From contig NC_043011.1 in NCBI RefSeq assembly GCF_006345805.1, positions 61,702,464 to 61,766,463 on the forward strand: 64,000 bases of DNA. Reading direction: 5' to 3'. This document shows, in pieces, positions 55,500 through 64,000 of this stretch (the first letter of the stretch is position 1; each line of letters starts with the position of its first letter). The notes under the pieces were generated by a model. It searched no databases. It was not told where the DNA came from and was given only the letters and a program-made list of their open reading frames with translations. The stretch comes from Octopus sinensis. Lineage: Eukaryota. The translations under genes were made by a program, and so were the position numbers.

Positions 55500-56455
55500 T
55501 CACCTGTATTCCTGGGGGCTACAGTTTGTTAACCAAAGCCCCATTTTGGGGGTGATACAAGTGAAGATATATACTTGAAACGTTCGCTAGTTGCACGAGG
55601 GAGATCTCTCCGTGATTGGGTGGTCGGCCCTTCGAGCTTTATATACATATGCCAGACTTGCTTGGGGAGCTTTTGGTAGACGTCTGCCGCAACTGGAAGC
55701 AGAACGGAAGAATACCCTGATCTGTGAGCTGAGGTGTGGTGACGCTGCTGAGAAAGAATCCGAACAGGGGGGGACACTGTTGACAACTTTAGGCCGATAA
55801 CTCTGCTAAATACAGATTACAAAATTTTGGCCAAGGTGTTAGCAAAGAGGTTGACGTTTGTCGGCCCATTGCTGACTTATGGAAATTTGTCGAACAGTTA
55901 TTGTCACGTGTAGGATGGATCTGGCTATCACCCCAGTCCATTGCGAAGATCACCCCGCCTCCCTCCTTTGGCCGGGATGGGGGAGAAATTTTTCTCTGTC
56001 TGGTGGCTATGGCAAAAGAAGTTGAGTGGTGAACTCGATAGAAATGGTGAAAAGCTTCCTCTTTGGCCAAGACCTCATTGACTTTTTCAGTTTCCACTTC
56101 AAAAGGAAAGTGAGGCTGGATAAGGAGGTACTGTCGCCCATTAAGTTCACTGAAAGGTGAATGAATGTGACAAGAATGGCCCGTTTGAATGGGCCTTCTC
56201 TACGTGTGCGCCTGTAGGTCGGGTGGAAGGGAGAAGAGAAGGTGCCTTCCTGAGGAGACGTTGGTGTTAAGGGGTCTAAAGTGCATGAGGTCTCTTGGTC
56301 ACCTTACGGTGGAACTTACCCCTATTGAGTTGGTTTAATCTCTTTCTTAATCGTTGCCTCTTTGGTTGGCTGTTTACACGTTTAGCCTCACTGTCCCTCA
56401 TCCGTGTATCGTCTTCTGCGTGTTGTGTTGGGCGGCTCTGGTGGACAATAAAGAA
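55500..56455 (+). mobile_element. Tx1/L1-like LINE remnant with large internal deletion and 3' UTR
   Basis: NFRPITLLNTDYKILAKVLAKRL at ~55780-55855, then C-terminal EQLLSRVG...KRKVRLDKEVLS homologous to 62583-62930; ends caataaagaaa. Confidence 0.8.
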
Positions 56456-56469
56456 AGAATTATTGCTTT

Positions 56470-56577
56470 TATTGTCATTACTACTACTACTACTACTACA
56501 ACTAATACTACTGCTAATACTACTACTAACACCACCACTACTACTACTACAACTACTGGTGCTGCTACTACTACTAT

Positions 56578-56613
<36 letters not shown>

Positions 56614-56628
56614 AACTACTACTACTAT

Positions 56629-56667
<39 letters not shown>

Positions 56668-56687
56668 AACTGCTGCTGCTGCTGCTG

Positions 56688-56729
<42 letters not shown>

Positions 56730-56769
56730 GTACTACTACTATTTTGTTTCTATCATTACGATCTTCTAT
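56470..56769. repeat. (TAC)n/(TGC)n compound block, duplicated with its flanks at 57938-58152
   Basis: Both copies begin attgtcattact and end attttgtttctatcattacgatcttctat. Confidence 0.85.
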
Positions 56770-57469
56770 TTTCTACATTTTTAGTAATAAATATATTTCT
56801 TTCTTTTAATTTACTAATATCTACTAGTCATGTTTTTTAATTACATTAGTTAAATTCCCCTTCATTGGTTACAAAAATTTTCATGCTAATTTATATCAAT
56901 CTTATTGTTATTGCCTTCCATAATCTTTTTAAGTTTTGCCTGCGTTCCTATAAAGCTACATCGAAAATCTACTATTTAACAAACGCCTTCATTCACGTGA
57001 GGATGGAGCTTAAATTCTACATTATATTGAAGGAATTTTCGCTTTTTGCATTCCTGCAGGCATTAAAGTAATGCATTTATTATTAAATACAATAACATAA
57101 ATCACTTTTATGCTTTTAAGTTACGAAACAATTCGTCATTTTAGCAGAGATTTCTTATTGTTTAAAACTGCTTCAGATTCAAAACTGTTGAAAAAAACTG
57201 CTTGTCTGTTATTTAAAGTGTTATATATATGTATCTATATAATCATAATCTTTTTTTAGTTGTCTCACTCATTTGATTGCGGCCATGCTGGAGTACCGCT
57301 TTTATTCGAAACAATCGATCCCAGGACTTGCTCCTTGTATGCCTAGTACTTATTCATTCGGTCTCTTTTGCCGAGCCGCTAGGTCACGTGGACGTAAACA
57401 CACCAACATCAGCTGTGAAGCGATGGTGAGGAGACAAGCAGAGGCACATACATACATATACATATATAC

Positions 57470-57512
<43 letters not shown>

Positions 57513-57535
57513 TACGCACATATATATATATGTAT

Positions 57536-57568
<33 letters not shown>

Positions 57569-57617
57569 TATGTATGTATGTATGCATGCATGCATGTATG
57601 TATGTAAATGTATATGA

Positions 57618-57678
<61 letters not shown>

Positions 57679-58086
57679 ATAGGCTTCTTTTAGTTTCCGT
57701 CTACCAAATCTATAGCACGAGGCTATAGTAGAAGCCACTCGCCTAAGATACCATGCAGTGAGACTGAACCCGGCATTATGTGGTTCGGAAGCAAGCTCCT
57801 TACCACACAGCCACTACTGCGCCTATATATACACATATACATATATACAAAATACATACATACATACTTTCATACATACATACATACATACATACATACA
57901 TACATACATACACACGTACGTATGTATGTATGTATGTATTGTCATTACTCCTACTACTACTACTACTACTACTTATACTACTACCACCACTGCTACTACT
58001 ACAACTACTACTGCTGCTGCTACTACTATTACTACTACTACTGCTGCAGCAGCTGCTACTACTACTTCTACTACTACTACTACTAC

Positions 58087-58122
<36 letters not shown>

Positions 58123-58179
58123 TATTTTGTTTCTATCATTACGATCTTCTATGTATGTATGTATGTATGTATCACTCGG

Positions 58180-60490
58180 TTACACCAGGAGTGTACAAAC
58201 TACATTACATTTAATAACAAATATCTATGATATATTTTGTGGAAATCAGATATTACAGATATCTCAGTAATAGTATCCTGTTGGTATATATTAAAGATAT
58301 TATTACGTTTCTTAACCCAGTCTAACTGTCAACTATCATTTAGACTAGGGTACGTCTAGACCGTACTAATAATATTCAACTGAAAACGTTGTGAAAATGA
58401 AGTACCAATAAAAAATACAAATGTATTTTCATAAATATTCTATATATACATCAATATATACTTTTGATTTAATATTCAAATCCTCCATCAGGCAAATAAG
58501 TATTTTATATCTAATAATGTGCTGCTTACTGTGGTAGAATAAAGCGAAACAGCATATGAACTTCTGTTTCTTATACTGGAATTGATATAAGTTATGTAAA
58601 ATTAATTTTTGATTTGATACTTCAGAAATTAATTAAACCTTAGCGAGCTGTTTAGCGAGAAGTGAAAACACAAAGAATCCAGAGGTTAGTGGAAGTTAGT
58701 TTCCCATTCTACGTTTGCATTCCTGCAAACCTGATAAATTCTCCTATAATGGTATTTAACGTTTAATATCAACCTGAATCTTTCTTTGTATCTACATTTA
58801 ACCCAAACAATTTATTAAAAAAAAGTAGAAACAGGCAAAACACAATAGACTAATCAGATCTTTGATGCTTCATCGTTTGTTTAAGTATCAATTATATCGA
58901 AAATAATCTAATATTTTGTGGTAATTCAATTTACATCATCACTAATTTAGCGCACTTCTTCGCGATTTCTTACCATACATTACAAAGAAACATTAATGTC
59001 TTACATGGACAGAAGTCAAAGTACTTGTAATAATCATTCATCCCCTTAATGCACTTCAGATTTTTAATCTTCACAGCACATTCTTTATACTTTAATATAC
59101 GTCTGCAAGACAAACAGAATTCGGTCGATATCTTTATATATATAAAACTGAGAATGTGTGTGTGTCTGTCTGTCTGTCTGTGTGTTTCCCTAAAACTTGA
59201 GAACTACACAACCAATTTCATTCAAATTTTACACATGCCTTACTTAGGGTCCTGGGAGTGTCATCGGCAAAACAATTTTAACCTTTTGCCTAGGGTGAGC
59301 CCACAGCAATATCAATCTTTTCCACTACGATTCCCTAAAACTTGAGAACTACACCACCAATTTCATTCAAATTTTACACATGCCTTACTTAGGTTACATG
59401 TAGCTTCATGGACAAAATAAGAATGTTCAACTTCTTGGCTAGAGCGAGCCCATAGCAATATCATAACTTCTCCAATATTTCAGTATTACGTGTTAAAAGT
59501 GAAACAAAAATATTTCTCTATTTTATGTCAGATGCTTTCACTTTAACAATAAAAATAATAATAACAATTGAATTCTATGTAGTAAGTAATAATTAAAATC
59601 AAACTAAAGTATAATATAATCGTAACATACAAAAGTAAAAATAGCAATTGGTATAAAATTGCATCAATGATTTGAACTTGAATAAGTGATTTCACATGAA
59701 TGGGAATAAATTAAAAATAAAATTAGCGTGCAGAAATGGAATTGTCCAGATGGATAATAAAAAATTAAATTAAAGAAAAGACTATTGTCTATAAAGTATA
59801 CAATGTAGAGAAAAAAGAAGAGCTAACAATTCCAGCCTGTTATATATTTTGGGTATTGTTATCACTAGCGATATCAAGATATAACATTGTATTTTGTATT
59901 TTATGTGTAGATTTATATATATATAGATGTACATGTAATATGTACACATATATATACACATATATACATGCACTAGCACTATGACCCGGCAACGACGAGT
60001 CTTTAATGGTAGTTATTTTATCAAATTATACTGAATATATATGGCAATATTTTGTATTAATTTTTGCTACAGAGAAGAAATCATACTGAAGTTGATAAAA
60101 TGTGTGCCATTTTTAAATGTATGGCGTTATATGTTTGATGTTTGTGGGCAAGTCTTTTCGTGGTATAATTTGAATTTTTTGTTTTATGACGTCAGATCGT
60201 GGGTGTAATATTTAAATTCTCCCACACTCTGACAAACAACTTCTAGCGGTATGCTCAATAAATAAATTCTAGTTTTTAAGAGATTATGATGCAATGCTTA
60301 TTTAAATGAGAAATAATAGTGGGAATAAAAAGATATGTACAAGCAGAAGCTTTCCCTGCTAAAATCTGAAGAATAATTTTTCTCGGCTTCTGGGCAATTT
60401 ATTTCATCCAAGCAACGGCCCACGACAAGAAAATCTGCAAATAAAAAATTATCAGTTAATATTCTTTCCAGATGGAATGAATATGCTAAG
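58180..60490 (+). repeat. Local duplication, copy 2 of 39159-40560
   Basis: Direct sequence comparison. Confidence 0.9.
59131..60012 (+). mobile_element. Non-autonomous Helitron-like insertion
   Basis: Starts A|TC-TTTATATATATAAAA..(GT/CTGT)n; degenerate hairpin cccggcaacgacgag followed by GTAG|T (CTAG-like); absent from the paralogous site at ~40147; internal ~63-bp duplication (59186, 59331). Confidence 0.6.
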
Positions 60491-60825
60491 AATCACTCCG
60501 TTCAGCCGCCTACATTTTATTGCCAGCTTAGCAACATGCACTTGGAAGGATGTACCATTACTGATGTAAAAGCCCAGGTCGCACACTGACTATGTTTCTA
60601 GGATTTCAACCCTTCCAGGTCCAGTGTATTTAACTGGTATTGCATTTAGTTCTGCATGCTGATAACACAAGCCTTGTAATTTTCAGCATTAAACTGAATG
60701 CTATATATGTGTATGTGTGTGTCTGTGTGTGTCTGTGTGTGTGTGCGTGTGCATATATATAATTATATATATATATATATATATATTGGAAGGTTTGGAG
60801 ATGATGTACAGGTATTATATATTTG

Positions 60826-61300
60826 AAGAAATGAGGTGATCAGAAGATCGGATGGTTTATATTTATAGATATATATTTATATATTACATTTTTTACATAT
60901 ATATATCATATCATTCAGATCATATCATTCAGATCATATCATTCAGATCATATCATTCAGATTATTAGCGCTTTCTCCCATTCTAGTGGGGTTTTCAAAT
61001 CAAAATAATTCCTTTATGGGGAATTTAATCATTTTATAGAGTTTCGTAGTTGTGGGGAGGGACAAGACAGTACAACCCTCTTGTACTGTCTTGTCCCTCC
61101 CCACAACTACGAAACTCTATAAAATGATTAATTTCCCCATAAAGGAATTATTTTGATTTGAAAACCCCACTAGAATGGGAGAAAGCGCTAATAATCTGGA
61201 TGATATGATCTGAATGATATGATATATATATGTAAAAAATGTAATATATAAATAAATATCTATAAATATGAACCATCCGATCTTCTGATTACCTCATTTC

Positions 61301-61310
<10 letters not shown>
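60826..61310. repeat. Near-perfect long palindrome (arms ~230-250 bp, 5-nt loop at 61076-61080)
   Basis: ...agacagtacaa-ccctc-ttgtactgtct...; a few substitutions and a different number of 15-bp gatcatatcattca(g) units in the two arms. Confidence 0.9.
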
Positions 61311-61353
<43 letters not shown>

Positions 61354-61769
61354 ATGTATATATTTATATGTATATATGTGTAAATATATGTATGCATGTA
61401 TGTATGTATATATGTATATGCATATATGTGTGTGTGTATGTATATATATATATATACATATTTATACTTCATAACTTATAATTATGAATACTGTATGAAC
61501 TGTGATATGACTAAAGTGATAAAGAATGAAATCATTTGTAAAACATTAACAGAATTAAAACAAAAGAACATATTTCAAATTACTAACTAAATAAGATGAA
61601 TGCAAAGTTTTTCACAAACAGTATCAAAAATAACTAACATAAAGCGACATTAGAATAATTTTCTAAGTAAGAAACGGTTTACTAACATTTATCTTTTGGA
61701 AATGGTTTCCCTGTCAGGTTATAGTGAAGAGTATCATCTGAAATATATACACGAATTACACAACTAGAT

Positions 61770-62155
<386 letters not shown>

Positions 62156-64000
62156 AGTTTCTTTATTGGCCACACAGGGCTGCACACAGATGGGACAAAT
62201 TACAAGGTAGTGCTTTTCTTTTGGGGGAGAAAAAAAAGGTGGCGTAGGTTTTCGATCAAAAGGGATCGTAAAAGGGAAAAAAGAACAAAAAAAAAAGAAA
62301 AAAAGAAAAAAGGAAAAAGGGAAAAGAAAAAAGGGGAAAAAAGAAAAGGAAAATGAAAAAAGAAGAAAAAAGAGGAAAAAAGGAGGAGAGGAAAAGGAAA
62401 AAAACGATCAATAGGGATCGTGTATCACAGTGTCATGATGTACGGTATAAAGGGGAAAGCAAGTAAGGTTTATCCGTGGGAAGAAAAGCCTACGAAAAAG
62501 ACCACGGTAACCTTGGTCAATATTGTTATATGTTACCGCATTTGTTTGCGAGTGGGTAACCCTCTGTTTTCAATTTCTGGGTTCATAGGATTATGCTCAA
62601 GGTGGCTTCGTCATTCATACGTGCCATCCTTGCTACATTCACCCATCTTTTTTTTAAACGTTCGCTAGACAAAACTTGCTTCTCTACTCTCACTTTCCTT
62701 TTCAAGTGGTACTTGAAGAAGTTGATGAGAGATTGACCAGAGAGGAAAGTGTTTGTCTCCAATCCTTTCAGACGCGTCCACCAGATACATTCTTTCGCCA
62801 TAGCCACAAGGATGATGAAAATAGCTCTTCCTTCCCGTTTGAAGGAAGGAGGCGTGACAATATTGACGATAGACGCAGCTGATAAACCGACTCGTCCCAC
62901 ACGTGATAGCAGTTGTTCGACATAAGCCCACAGGCCGGAAATTGTTGGACACTGCACGAGTGCGTGCAGAACGTTTTCGTCGCTCTGACCGCATCTCGGG
63001 CAGGTCGGCCCCATGTTTCTCGAGCCGTGTCTGTAGAGCTTATCCCGAACGGGTAGCGCTTCTCGGTAGCATTGCCAGGCCAGGGATCTCTGGAAGTTGT
63101 CCATGGGCCCTGGCCCGAAAGTCGTCCCGAACAGGCGGGTCAGGTATTCCTCGTCGACGTCCAGGTTCGCCCCGAGCTCGTCGTCGTACCTCCCCTCCAC
63201 TAATCCCCTATAGAATGCTTTGGTTGTGATGAAGTCACTCAAGGTTGACACAGGACGGCAGAGTTGCTTGAGAGCAACGTGACACTCGCGGTGCCATTCG
63301 CCCTTCCTCGGCCTCTTTTTGATCCACGATTGCAGTTCGGTCATGGAGACGAGCTGCGGGAAAGCGTGCCTCACAAACGGTGACTTCACCTGTTCACCGT
63401 CGTCTATGAAGAGCCTGAGATGTCGCAGTCTCAGCGCGTGTCTGCGCATCATCAACCACGGCATGCCCAGTCCTCCTTTTAACGGGTGTTGACAGCAAAT
63501 GGATCGCCTGACCATCGGGACGCATCCTTTCCACAAGAAGCAAAAGAGAATGCGTTCTAGTTTGGTGATGGTAGGGCCGGGACAAGGCACGACAGTCAGG
63601 CGGTAGTAGATGACGGACGAGATGTACGTGTTCGCCACCTCCGCCCGACCTTTTAGGGACCTTTTAGGGACATTGCCGGGCGAGAGTGACCACCCTACTC
63701 GTTATCTCGTTCCAGTTCTTCTCCATTTAGAGGTCCGGACCGAACCAGACCCCGAGCAACTCGACCGGACCGTCGGTCCAGCGTCCCACGACGGAGGCGC
63801 TGGTTGACGGCATGGGCTTGCTTCTCCAGGTGCCTAGTCGCAAGCCCACTGACTTTTCCCGGTTGATTTTTGCTCCTGTCACCGGTTCGTAGTTTTTCAG
63901 TGTCTCGCCGACCTGCTCGATGTGCTCGTGGCTAGACACTATGACGGTGACGTCGTCCACGTATGCAGACACGCTCGTCCCGCATCCCAGTTTTCGCGGG
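62156..64000 (-). mobile_element. Tx1/L1-like LINE, 3' part of ORF2 and 3' UTR, relatively young
   Basis: AYVDDVTVIV...GAKINREKS (63727-63972); 351-aa ORF 62583-63638 with CPRCGQSDENVLHALVQC; GC-rich; runs off the window edge. Confidence 0.95.

Noticed and set aside
60826-61310. Palindrome as a fold-back sequencing artefact
   Set aside because: The arms differ by several substitutions and by tandem-unit number, which favours a real, aged structure; long reads are still needed.

Overview
AT-rich, microsatellite-dense eukaryotic DNA. The repeat landscape (tRNA-head SINEs, R4/Dong-type and Tx1-type LINEs, mariner, Penelope remnants) looks like a coleoid cephalopod, probably Octopus; this is recognition from memory, not a database result. 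Nearly all ORFs in the supplied track are microsatellite translations or decayed retrotransposon fragments. No host gene could be named. Manual reading of splice signals suggests three paralogous-looking candidate genes for small secreted proteins, each starting with a 34-37 nt phase-1 signal-peptide exon: G1 (minus, ATG 9765), G3 (plus, ATG 11977, head-to-head with G1) and G2 (minus, ATG 45324). G1 and G2 share a 30-bp upstream block at almost the same distance from the ATG. Downstream exons are uncertain and need RNA-seq. The window also holds a local segmental duplication (~34.8-40.6 kb vs ~49.2-60.5 kb), several hammerhead-ribozyme-like motifs of Penelope type, two long palindromic elements (one with tRNA-like heads, hammerhead motifs and a 14-bp TSD), and a SINE family whose 3' tail resembles the 3' end of the resident Tx1-like LINE.
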